A stretch of 63,733 nucleotides of DNA, the filler included, from Aduncisulcus paluster (taxonomy: Eukaryota): the NCBI GenBank assembly GCA_024181965.1. It is 34 parts of 34 records of this genome, joined end to end, with 100 filler letters (N's around TTAATTAATTAA, not from the genome) between each part and the next. Parts side by side here need not be neighbours in the genome. Positions count along the whole stretch, not along the records: positions 40,347 to 42,621 come from BQXS01000357.1; positions 42,722 to 46,227 come from BQXS01000358.1; positions 46,328 to 47,578 come from BQXS01000363.1; positions 47,679 to 49,078 come from BQXS01000365.1; positions 49,179 to 50,997 come from BQXS01000366.1; 29 more parts are not named here. One strand, written 5' to 3'. Positions 40,247-51,097 of this stretch are shown here, piece by piece (positions within the stretch are counted from its first letter, which is position 1; each line of letters starts with the position of its first letter). The notes beneath the pieces are model-generated. The model saw only the letters and a program-made list of their open reading frames with translations, searched no databases and was not told the DNA's origin. Made by a program: the position numbers and the translations under genes.

Positions 40247-41491
40247 NNNNNNNNNNNNNNNNNNNNNNNNNNNNNNNNNNNNNNNNNNNNTTAATTAATT
40301 AANNNNNNNNNNNNNNNNNNNNNNNNNNNNNNNNNNNNNNNNNNNNATACTTGATTCCTTCGGCGGTATTATCTTTAATTTCATTTTTCTCAAGTTATTA
40401 TTTCAATTATATAATATATAATGTTGATTTATTTAGACGTAGTATTTCATTGTTTCCTCACTGAGCAAAAAACTTTGAATATCACAAATACGCACTTACA
40501 TCACCATTTGAAGGAAGAATCTTCAGTAAAAGTTTGCTATTTCACAGCAATAAAATCAAAGGATGACAAGGAGTCTCTGTTCTTAACAACTTATTGATAT
40601 TGAATCAACGAAAAATAAAGAAACCTGTGAATAAAAGAAATTGATACGTCAAAGTATCAATTGCATTCATACCGACCATATCAATTGTTTGAATAAATGA
40701 AAAACGTGAGACCTTAACATTTTATGATGGAAGCCACTGAGGTTGTACAAAAATTCACAAAAGGATCTTTTCGAAATGATTTCCCACCTTCCCAAACTTG
40801 AAACAAAACGGGTTTCAAAAGACACCCCCTTTCTGAGAGGGGAAAGCTTGTTTTTGACCTAGTTGAGTTGGGTTGAATTTTGTTGAAAGAACAGATAGCA
40901 TCGGGGCAAATACACAGCATATAGACAATTCAACATAATTGAGTAGGAAAAATAAACAAAACTATAAAACCTTCAACTCGACGAATCAACGAATTAACAA
41001 CATCGATCGTCCAAAACGGTGTTTCCATTTGAAATGGCAAGAGAGATCGTCATTATTTGGAACACATGCAATATTTAATGCAATCTATAAACATTTCAAA
41101 TCTGTTTTGTTATTCAAATAGAGCTGTCGAAAAGGATTTTATCCATCTTGAAGAATAATTAAATATTATGGTATTTTAAAATTTAAACATTAAAGCGCAT
41201 TCTTATTTTCATTTAATCCCACACAATTCCCCAGTTTTACCCACCATCCCCAAAAAATTGAAATTGACTCGTTATTATCCATTGATTTGGTTCACAATCA
41301 AACGTATGTCAAGTTTTAATGTGTTTTTAATCTCCATGTTATGGTAGGATATGATTATTTATTCACGATATCTATTTGCATTCGTTCAATACCTGGATGG
41401 TTGTTGTTATTGCTGATCCCCATTCGATAATGCTCTATTTTTTATAATTTTCTCTCTAGAAACTTCCTTTGAAATTCGGTTTAAAAGGGAT

Positions 41492-42621
41492 ATGAGCTAT
41501 TATGTTTTAGCAGATAGAATATCATCTCTTGAATCCCAGATAGCAACTGAACGTCAAGCAGCTGCAACTGAACGTCTTTCTCTTGAACGAGCAATCAAAT
41601 CCCTCCAACGTGAGCTGTCGTGTGTGTCTGCTCGTGTTGATGGTGGGACACCCACAATCTCCCCTTCTCTCCAGTCTTCATATGACTCTACTGTTGTCCA
41701 ACGAAATGCTGTGCTCTCCCGTGTTGACAAGTACATTGATTCCTCAATATCAGATGTGTCGAAGTGCACGAGTTCTCTCCTTGTCTCGAGTATCCCTCGT
41801 TCTCTGTGGCATGTTCAGAGTAATGGCAGTGATAGTTCCACTGTTCTTGTCCTTCGTGCCTTGAGTTTCTTACGATTCTTGGATGATTGTCCCCTTGTTG
41901 CATCCTCTTCTTCATCTTCATCCTCTTCCTTCTCCTCTGTTCCACCAATGATGTGTAACCTTCATGAATGTATCCGTGTCATGACTCGTGATCTCTGTAG
42001 TGTCTCATCAAAACCCTCAGCAGCATCAACATCGCTTGATCAAGTTGAACCATTCCCTTGCAAACTCTCTCCACATTTCATTATATCCGAATGCAAGTCG
42101 CCTATTCCCGATATCCCTTGTCTCTCCACTCTGAACAAGAGGATCCAGTATCTTGAGTCAATCGCTTCTCGTGTGTGTTCATCTCTGACCCCCACCAATG
42201 TTTCCTGTATTATCACCACAGGTCAGCATTGTATCTCTCAACTTGCTCTTCTCCTGTCCCATGCCGTTGGGATTGTTGATAGTGAGTGCATATCTTCTTG
42301 TGACACCACAGCTCCTGGAGGTTGCAAATGTCCTGTTCCACCCGCTTCTTGCTCATCTGCTACAAGTCTTCTCTCTGCATGTGACAATGTGTCTGCACTC
42401 CTTTCCAAGTGTTTGAATAGCTTTGCTTCCAGTGCTCGCAGATTCACAGATCGAGTTGAACAATATGAAACTGCAAGTGACCACTCCTGTGTTTCTTTCT
42501 CTGACCTTGCTGTCTGTTCTGATTGTACTGTTGATAGTGGAGGTGAGAAGGATGACAACAAGAACAATACTGACACTTGTACCGACATTCCTAGCTGGAG
42601 TGCAAAACTTCTTCTTGGTTC
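41492..42621 (+). CDS. Hypothetical Cys/Ser-rich protein of the 'RELSCVSARVxGG' family, 3'-partial
   Basis: ATG after AT-rich upstream region; homologous to 6460..7066. Confidence 0.75.
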
Positions 42622-42721
42622 NNNNNNNNNNNNNNNNNNNNNNNNNNNNNNNNNNNNNNNNNNNNTTAATTAATTAANNNNNNNNNNNNNNNNNNNNNNN
42701 NNNNNNNNNNNNNNNNNNNNN

Positions 42722-43162
42722 TAGCCAAGTCCAGCCACTTCCGAATAAACTTGAGAGAGAAGAAGAAAATTCTCCCCAGAATGATTCAAAACTACCGAAA
42801 TCAAGCTCAATCTGGTTCAATAATTTACCTTTAGGACGTTGACCCATATTGGGAGATAAACATTGCCAGAAAAAGGTATGATTGGCAAGACCACCTCCTA
42901 CATTTTTCAGAATTTGTCGTTTTTCAACCGGAAGTTCCTCTAAATGAGAAATGACATATTCGATTGGGAAACCTTCCAAGGCAGTTCCAACAAGTGCAGC
43001 AGTGGATTTCTTACAGTAACCAACGTGGTGTCTACGATGTACTTCAATAACATGTCCGGGATAATATGGCTCTAAGGCATCAATTTCATAAGGAAGGTCA
43101 TCAAGTTCGTAGGCAAACGCAAATATTATACAGCAAAGAAAGAGAGAAATGAAAAGCTTCAT
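42722..43162 (-). CDS. sod: Fe/Mn superoxide dismutase with N-terminal signal peptide, 3'-partial
   Basis: LPY..DALEP, HHVGY, GGGLANHTFFW, FGSF, FGSGWTWL; leader MKLFISLFLCCIIFAFA. Confidence 0.93.
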
Positions 43163-43984
43163 GGTATTTTGCAAATTATTAGTTTTTTTAAAATGTCAAG
43201 GTGAACAAAATTGAACCGAATCGCTCTCATTTCAATGAAGAACTGCAACTTTGTTTGTGACAAGAAAACCATTTCCAGCCACGAGTTCCATCAATCGATG
43301 ATATATCAAACCCCCATGAAAAAAAAAAAATAAACTCACATAAATCAATCATTTCTTAATGAACAAGTTGAAAGAAAAACGTTTTACCCGGTAAGAAGGG
43401 CCTTCTCATGTCTTGCAGAGCAAAAAATAAATGATTTAGAAATGGGTATTTTTCGCATACGAAAGTTGACAACCTCCAAGGATAATTTCCATGGATATAA
43501 TTCTAAATTGTCCTAGAATACAGGAAAATAAACCTAGAGTTTTTGAGAGATTCTGATTATGTTTTTATTTTTTATTCAAAGAAAAAAGAGTCGAATTTTC
43601 TCGCAAACCCGCAGTATTTCGATCGAGACTAATTCTGGCATTTCAGTTAAAATGGGATGATACAGTGATATATTTGATATATTTCTTAATTTATTGACAT
43701 ATTGGCACGTTAGTGATCGAATTTATGACAATTGTATCGCTCACTCAATACTGCATCAAGGATAAATGAGAAAATACCAATCGCAATGTGGCAAGATGAG
43801 TCGTATTCAAAAGCATTCAAATATAGATTGCACGCACACACCGAAAAATGTTGTTGAATTGATGAAATCTATACAGCGACCCTCCAGATCGAAGGCATAT
43901 AATCAGATTTTGGTTGATGGCAGTCGACATCGTTAACAAAAAGAAGACAAAGTTTGGAAACCACNNNNNNNNNNNNNNNNNNNN

Positions 43985-44222
43985 CAACCGGAAGTTCCTC
44001 TAAATGAGAAATGACATATTCGATTGGGAAACCTTCCAAGGCAGTTCCAACAAGTGCAGCAGTGGATTTCTTACAGTAACCAACGTGGTGTCTACGATGT
44101 ACTTCAATAACATGTCCGGGATAATATGGCTCTAAGGCATCAATTTCATAAGGAAGGTCATCAAGTTCGTAGGCAAACGCAAATATTATACAGCAAAGAA
44201 AGAGAGAAATGAAAAGCTTCAT
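43985..44222 (-). CDS. sod: Second copy of the SOD 5' part, truncated by a 20-N gap
   Basis: 43985..44446 duplicates 42925..43388 except for poly-A length. Confidence 0.7.
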
Positions 44223-44493
44223 GGTATTTTGCAAATTATTAGTTTTTTTAAAATGTCAAGGTGAACAAAATTGAACCGAATCGCTCTCATTTCAATGAAG
44301 AACTGCAACTTTGTTTGTGACAAGAAAACCATTTCCAGCCACGAGTTCCATCAATCGATGATATATCAAACCCCCATGAAAAAAAAAATAAACTCACATA
44401 AATCAATCATTTCTTAATGAACAAGTTGAAAGAAAAACGTTTTACCTTCTCATGTCTTGGCAAGCCCACAGCGTTTATTGAAGAAAAGGGTAG

Positions 44494-44585
44494 TGTGGCA
44501 TATGGAACATTGCCGGAACTCGATATGAGTGTATTATATTCAGTAAATTTGTGCGCTATATCCAATAGGGTATCATTAACCCACA
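44494..44585. repeat. 92-bp dispersed element with TGTGG...CCACA termini (short LTR or MITE)
   Basis: Reverse complement matches 52673..52764 on another contig; flanks differ. Confidence 0.85.
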
Positions 44586-45245
44586 ACGAAGATTTAATGG
44601 CATGCCATGACCCTTGAGCCACGGCAGCCAACTCATAAACAAAGTAAACAAACAGATATAGAATTGGGAAAAAAATTATAATTATTATAATTATTATAAT
44701 TATTATAAATATTCAAATTATGCACTAGTATATCATAATAATGCTCTATTTTTTTTGATATTCCCCATTATTTCATCCAGGATGGAAAATCCAATCCCAA
44801 TTTCTCTTTTTGCCCGTATCAAGCATATTTTTTGCATAGTTTTTGCAGAATTATAGTCGTACTTAGTTTTTAATTAAATTTTATACGAAATTTATTCCAT
44901 TTTAATTGCAATTTATTTGTTAAGCGCACATAGCTTTTTTCTATTACAATATCACCTGTTAAGAATCATTTAATTTTATTAATACAATATATTTAATAGA
45001 AAATCTTTATTCATATGCCTGAAATGGAGGATGAGATTTACGATTCGAATGATCAACACCTGACAGGTGCACCTGTCTTTGATGAAGGGTAAGAGAAGTT
45101 CCATTCAATCATGGATAATGTCAAATTTATTAGCAATGTACATTAGTCGTATGAAATGGTCGCCAATTCGCCTTTTCCCCGATTATTTCTCTAGGAACAG
45201 CAGCTGTTCAACAGCTCCCCCAACTTTACCGTAAAGTGACTCTCT

Positions 45246-45653
45246 ATGAGTCCCTTTGCCCCTATTTTAACTCCTCAAAATCTGTTTTACTCATGTTCAC
45301 GCCACAATGGGCAGTATAATATTGTTAGATGCACTCTCGAACAGGCAGGGTTTAGGGAAACGATGGGAAAAGATTGGAGCATCTCATGGGGTGGAGGATG
45401 GATGATGAGCGATGAATATCACCATTTAAAGCCATGGCAGCGTGTAAATCATTATCCAGGTTCTCAAGAGATCACTAGAAAGGATAGTTTTGGTACTTTC
45501 TATTCGTAAGAAGCTCCAAGAAAAGAAAACTCTTGAATCGTTACATAAAACACGATTATTAGCCATGGGAGCTGGTAAAACGAGTTCTAGTTATGCAAAC
45601 TCATTTGATGCTTTCTTCCCTTCATCTTTTCTTCTTCCACACTCATATTACTC
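45246..45653 (+). pseudogene. Tubulin-tyrosine-ligase-like (TTLL4/5-type polyglutamylase) N-terminal fragment, frameshifted at ~45488 and truncated
   Basis: TLEQAGF...WSISW....EYHHLKPWQRVNHYPGSQEITRKD, then FFPSSFLLP in the next frame. Confidence 0.8.
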
Positions 45654-45692
45654 ACCGGGATTTACCGAATAAACTCCACACTCATATTACTC

Positions 45693-46227
45693 TACGAATG
45701 CAACATATTCAGTCTTCTTCTCTATCTCTACCATGGTCTCGCTGTCTTCAACGACGATATCCAAGGTACTGGTTGTATCACTGCTGCTGTCTTCCTTGCT
45801 GCCCTCAAGTCCATTGGACTTGGACTCACTTCTGAGACCAAGAAGACTCTCATGGCCAAGGACCAAAGATTTGTTTTCCTTGGTGCTGGTGCCGGAGGTG
45901 TTGGTGTTGCTGACTGTTTGGCTGAGCTCCTTGTTGAAGAAGGTCTCTCTTGGGAAGAGGCCAGAGAGAAGTTCTGGCTCATTGATTCCCGTGGTTTGAT
46001 CACTCAGACCCGTGCTGACTTCAAGGCTGGTAAGTTGGCCAAACACAAGGTCCCTTATGCCAAGAAGGTTGAGCTCACTGAAGGTAAGGAAATGAACCTT
46101 TTGGAGGCTGTCAAGTTCGTTAAACCCACTGCTTTGATTGGTCTTTCTACCATTGCCAGTGCTTTCAATGCTGAGGTTCTCAAGGCTCTCGATGAGGGTT
46201 GTCCTCACCAGAAACCTGTTGTCTTTG
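45693..46227 (+). CDS. Malic enzyme internal fragment
   Basis: VFNDDIQGTG (in frame, upstream of the listed ATG), FLGAGAGGVG, WLIDSRGLI, VKPTALIGLS. Confidence 0.93.
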
Positions 46228-46358
46228 NNNNNNNNNNNNNNNNNNNNNNNNNNNNNNNNNNNNNNNNNNNNTTAATTAATTAANNNNNNNNNNNNNNNNN
46301 NNNNNNNNNNNNNNNNNNNNNNNNNNNTATTAATAAAACAAAATAATAAATAATAATA

Positions 46359-47248
46359 TGTTAGAGATTCACGAAAACAAGATGGTCACCACACTCACCC
46401 CTTACTTTCTGAGGGGTTGCCTGCAAGCACTCACACGAACCATCAGAAACTAGACACTATTACACACAGCTATACCAAATAAACATTACACTACACAGGG
46501 AATCTCGACACATGATCACTTATCACTTTGTATCCTGATCAAAATGGGTTAGATTCTTCATACACTTGGATATTGTGTTTCCATCAGGCCACAACCTGGG
46601 GAAACGGCACACCATTGGAATAAAACCTGGGTTCAGGGAACAAACTTCCAATGTTCACGACTATCACTTGTAAGTCGCCACACGAATGACATGAAAACCC
46701 GACACACTGGGAGAAAACACCTCATTCACCACGGTATTTCACTGTCTCAGAGAAAACCTTTATCACACAAAGGAAAATAAAACTCTAAGAATCACTACAC
46801 AATCACTACACAGGGGAAAAACCCACCATTGGGACACAAAACTCCCGTGTGTACACAACCACCTGGTCGGTAGACTCGTACACAGAGGACAATCCGACCA
46901 GTAACACACAAACACCCGTTAGTAAACCTCAATCTCACTATTAAGGGAAAACCTAACGCATCACTTACACGGTTCCTTATGAGAAGATCACCACACTTAC
47001 TCACCAGAGCACTTTCACTATCATGCAGGAAAACCTTTATCACCAAAGGAATAAAACCTCACAATTCACTTGGTTTGGACTCAGATATCAGCCTCACGTC
47101 GGTGATATCCACATGTCCACACCCACGTATGGTCGGTAAAAGAAGTAAAACCTATCCATATTCACAGTATTGTATGACGTTAGCAATTTATTGAATAAAT
47201 GTGATCGGAGTGGGTCAGTTCTATAAATAGATCATTGAGAACTTCACA
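46359..47248 (-). mobile_element. Probable LTR (~890 bp, TGTGAAG...CTAACA) with polypurine tract at 47249..47260
   Basis: Minus strand reads CTAGGGGGGAAG|TGTGAAG; TG..CA termini; internal imperfect repeats GAAAACCTTTATCAC at ~46752 and ~47029; no convincing ORF. Confidence 0.55.
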
Positions 47249-47374
47249 CTTCCCCCCTAGAACTGGACTACCCGCTCAATCCTTCTTTTAATCAAACCTT
47301 ATTCGTAGGTATAATACAATTCCTCAAATTCTAGATTCCTTATTATTATTATTATTTTCTTTCTTTTTTATAAC

Positions 47375-47463
47375 AGCTCGATGGCTCAGCGGGTATGACT
47401 CCGGTCATGCCTCCTTTGCCAATTTAAGCGCGTGGGTTCGAATCCCAACTTTCTCATATTTTT
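47375..47463 (+). ncRNA. tRNA-like RNA polymerase III unit (A box, B box, T5 terminator), not a canonical tRNA
   Basis: TGGCTCAGCGG 47382..47392; GGTTCGAATCC 47435..47445; TTTTT 47459..47463; no acceptor stem pairing. Confidence 0.55.
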
Positions 47464-48041
47464 ACCAAAATCCTTGTTTTTGGTTAACTTCCTTAGCGCT
47501 GCCTTAGAACCGTGTAATTCCCTCTGGTTCCCTTTCTAGCCATTATATTATTCCTTTTCCCTTGATCTTTTACCTTAGNNNNNNNNNNNNNNNNNNNNNN
47601 NNNNNNNNNNNNNNNNNNNNNNTTAATTAATTAANNNNNNNNNNNNNNNNNNNNNNNNNNNNNNNNNNNNNNNNNNNNGAATGTTTTATGTTACTAACCA
47701 TAACTATGTAAAATGATTGCCTTGGTTGTGTTTTCCAAGAAGAGATTTCTCGATATTAGTATATAACCTTCCAGAACTTCCGATAGTCGCTACAACTTCC
47801 ATTACTCCCGAGGTTGTCAACATGATGTCCATATATCCATTTATTATGATTTGTATAAACGTAAAATAATTAATAATGCTAATCCTCAGAACGCTATCTT
47901 GGATCAATGAGATTGACTGAGATGAGAACTCCATGGATAAATTTTCAAAAATTATCGTATTGAATCTATGCCTTGACAATGTTAATATTAATTAGTAATT
48001 AATAATTACCAATTGAAACAACTCATCAATTTAACTGAAAT

Positions 48042-49078
48042 CTATGATATCAGCAAACGACTACTCCAACCAGATTCAGGATATCCAGCTATAAGGACCA
48101 TTTTCCCTTCCATCGTTGTACAAATTATGTATATTATTTTCTTTCCATATCTTGCCGAAATATGCGAGATTGTCATGGGATTTATAGATATATCACTGCA
48201 CTCACGACCCCAAACAATCTCAATCTTCCATTTCCCCCATCTTCCTTTACGCCACACACAAACAAGGTTTCCACACGCGGAGAGATAGAAAGAGAAAATG
48301 GACGATCTTCCGGACAAAGATAGTGTGGGCTCAGTCAACGGAGAGAAGATAGAATTTGGAGGTTGCTCAGAACTTAAACGATGAGGAGAAGCCAAGAGAG
48401 CACTTCCCGAAGGTTCCATACTGCAATCTTTTTCAATAACAACACATTCTCCATCCAAAATCTCTCCGGATGAACATCCAGAACAGGAGGAACTGGATGA
48501 TTGGAGAATCGAAGGGGAGTGCGATGATATAGCTGTGGATGAAGAAGCAGAACCTTCACACCTGTTCATGGGAACATCTGTCATCCCTTTCCACTCGGAG
48601 GAGAATGAAATCCCAGACTCCACTCCTCGGGAACCCCAAGAACACAAAGAATTATTCATCACGTGGACTGTATATTTCGATAATTTCGTGCTTGAGTGCA
48701 AAAACATCAGATCATATGAGAAAGACGAAGAAGATTGTTTCAACCGTGCAGATGACCCTGAAGATATCATCTTCTTTTCATCTAAACCACCAAAAAGTCC
48801 CATACTCTTCTTTTTGGCTCCCAGGGACTTGTGATCACTAAGTTTAGCACACACAATCATACTTTCGCCATTTGTGTGAATGACACCATGAGCACCACAA
48901 ATACTTGAGAAATCGTTCTTCTTACTTTTGAGCATCGAGGAATTATTTCGAATTCTCCACCGAAGCAAACCGGTATTTCCAAACTTCAGAATCTGACCCC
49001 TGGGTTGGAGACTCAAAAAGGAACCTGTATCCTTATCACCATTGGAGCGAACAACGTGAAGAGGCCCAAAGGCAGGTA
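48042..49078 (-). CDS. Hypothetical protein C-terminus
   Basis: 324+ aa open frame ending before an AT-rich region. Confidence 0.6.
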
Positions 49079-49178
49079 NNNNNNNNNNNNNNNNNNNNNN
49101 NNNNNNNNNNNNNNNNNNNNNNTTAATTAATTAANNNNNNNNNNNNNNNNNNNNNNNNNNNNNNNNNNNNNNNNNNNN

Positions 49179-50997
49179 ATTCTGCATTGTATGTTTTCTT
49201 CCCTGGAGCTAATGCAAGTTCCAATCCTCCTTCCATCACATCTTCCTCACAGGACACTTCTTCCTGTGGTTTCTGTTCATCCTCTGAGACTGCTGGAGAT
49301 GGTGCTGGTGATCCCGTTATTCATTGTTCAGATACTTCTTCTGCCGCGTCTCTTTCCTCCAACACGATCTGTCGTAAAGTGTGGGACTGGACGGAAACTG
49401 TTGAAGGAGCAGATGATGGCTCTGGTGGAGTGACCACAACCACAATTTACCACGAACAATGGAGTGTGGAGTGTAATCTGTACAGTTACATTGCTGATGA
49501 ATCTTCAAGTTCATGTGTGTTGTATCTTGATGAATCGGATAACTACACTCCTCCTGCCTCATTCCCCACGTGTGTTGAATCATCCATGGACAATGTGAAA
49601 GTAGAATGTTGTGATACCAATGGGACTGATACATCTTGCATCGAGGGTTGGTATGGTGATGTGCCGTCGTGTATCTCTGAGTGCCCATATTATGACTCCT
49701 CGGTATGTGGGTCACATGGATCATGTGATATTGGTAGTCATTCATGTGAGTGTGAATCGACTGATTATATGGGATCTGCTTGCCAATATGTCACATTCAA
49801 CGATTCTGATCTTGAGTCACACATCTGTGGGCTTAGTGGGGTAACATGTAGTTCTGATGGGCATATCACTATGTCAGAACTGTCAACGATATCTGTTCTT
49901 AATCTCGCTGATGAAACCGATATCACTGACATTAGAGGATTGGCATACGCAACAGGATTGACTGAACTGGATCTCTCACGTTCTGACTATACTGACAATC
50001 TTATCTGGGATTTATCCGAACTCAGTGATTTGACATCATTGTCATCGCTTGATATCAGTGGATCCAATATGTCTGTGGATAATTCCCACGGATTGGATTA
50101 CCTTCCATCCTCGATTACATTCCTCACACTTGATAATGTTGACTTGATTGAATCCCCTGATTTCTCTGCGCTTGAGGATCTAGTTTCTCTGTCTATGAGG
50201 GAAAATACAGCATCTAGTCCCGATTCAAGTTCATTCCCTGCTTCCTTGAAGAATGTTGATATCAGTGGGTGCACTAGCTTTGATCTTTCTTCTATTCCAG
50301 AGACTATAGTTGAAATCTATGCCGATGGATGTGATATTGCTGCCAATGCCGATTTCACATCATTTACAGCGCTCACGACACTCTCTTTGAATGACAATAC
50401 AGAATATGATATCACTGAGTCTGGTCTTTTCCCTTTGTCTCTCACTTCTTTCAGTGCCAATAATACTTCAATCTCTCTGTTGTTCCAGCTTGTTGCTAGC
50501 ATGCCCAATCTGACAGATCTTTCTCTGAGCAACAATAACATCTCTGATCCTTCCCCATTGTATGCATTATCCAGTAGCTCTTTATGGGACAGTATCGATC
50601 TATCTAACAATGCTATCTGTGAGGATGGAACCGATGATGCTCTGAACGTTCTTAACAATATATTTACTTCTTCTTCCCCTGATATTGTTATCAGTGTTGG
50701 TACTCAAGACTGTCACTGTTCGACAGATAATCCAAGTTTATCTGATAACAAGGTGTGTGGTGAGACCAAGCCTGGGTCTGGTGTATGGTATGTTGTGTGT
50801 GCCAGTGATTCATACACGTCATATACATCTGCTGTGGATTTTTCATGCACTCAGCCAGATTCATCAACCATGAACTGTTCTGGAGGGTGTGAGTATGGAT
50901 ACGAGTGTAGATATCTTGGTGATGAAGTGATTGATGTTGATACTTTCACAACAGGAGAGTGTCAGCAAGTGATAGTCGATGAGAACTTACATGATTG
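49179..50997 (+). CDS. EGF-like + internalin-like LRR + Cys-rich module surface protein, partial
   Basis: CIEGWYG EGF, FNDSDLE...IRGLAYATGL cap, LRRs, VCGETKPGSGVWYVVCASDSY...CSGGCEYGYEC. Confidence 0.92.
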
Positions 50998-51097
50998 NNN
51001 NNNNNNNNNNNNNNNNNNNNNNNNNNNNNNNNNNNNNNNNNTTAATTAATTAANNNNNNNNNNNNNNNNNNNNNNNNNNNNNNNNNNNNNNNNNNNN

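Noticed and set aside
44676-44708. ATTATAATT tandem repeat and (TTA)n at ~47341
   Set aside because: Ordinary low-complexity AT-rich microsatellites
45015-45245. Upstream TTLL exon with a GTAAG intron at 45089
   Set aside because: The donor is plausible, but the nearby AG acceptors I tried gave no open frame into the 45246 ORF, so the gene model cannot be supported
47470-47578. Degenerate chromodomain (KIKxKG...EPE...LHGSKAALRK) on the minus strand upstream of the PPT
   Set aside because: Needs stops and frameshifts to be ignored at a contig end; suggestive of a chromovirus but too weak to call
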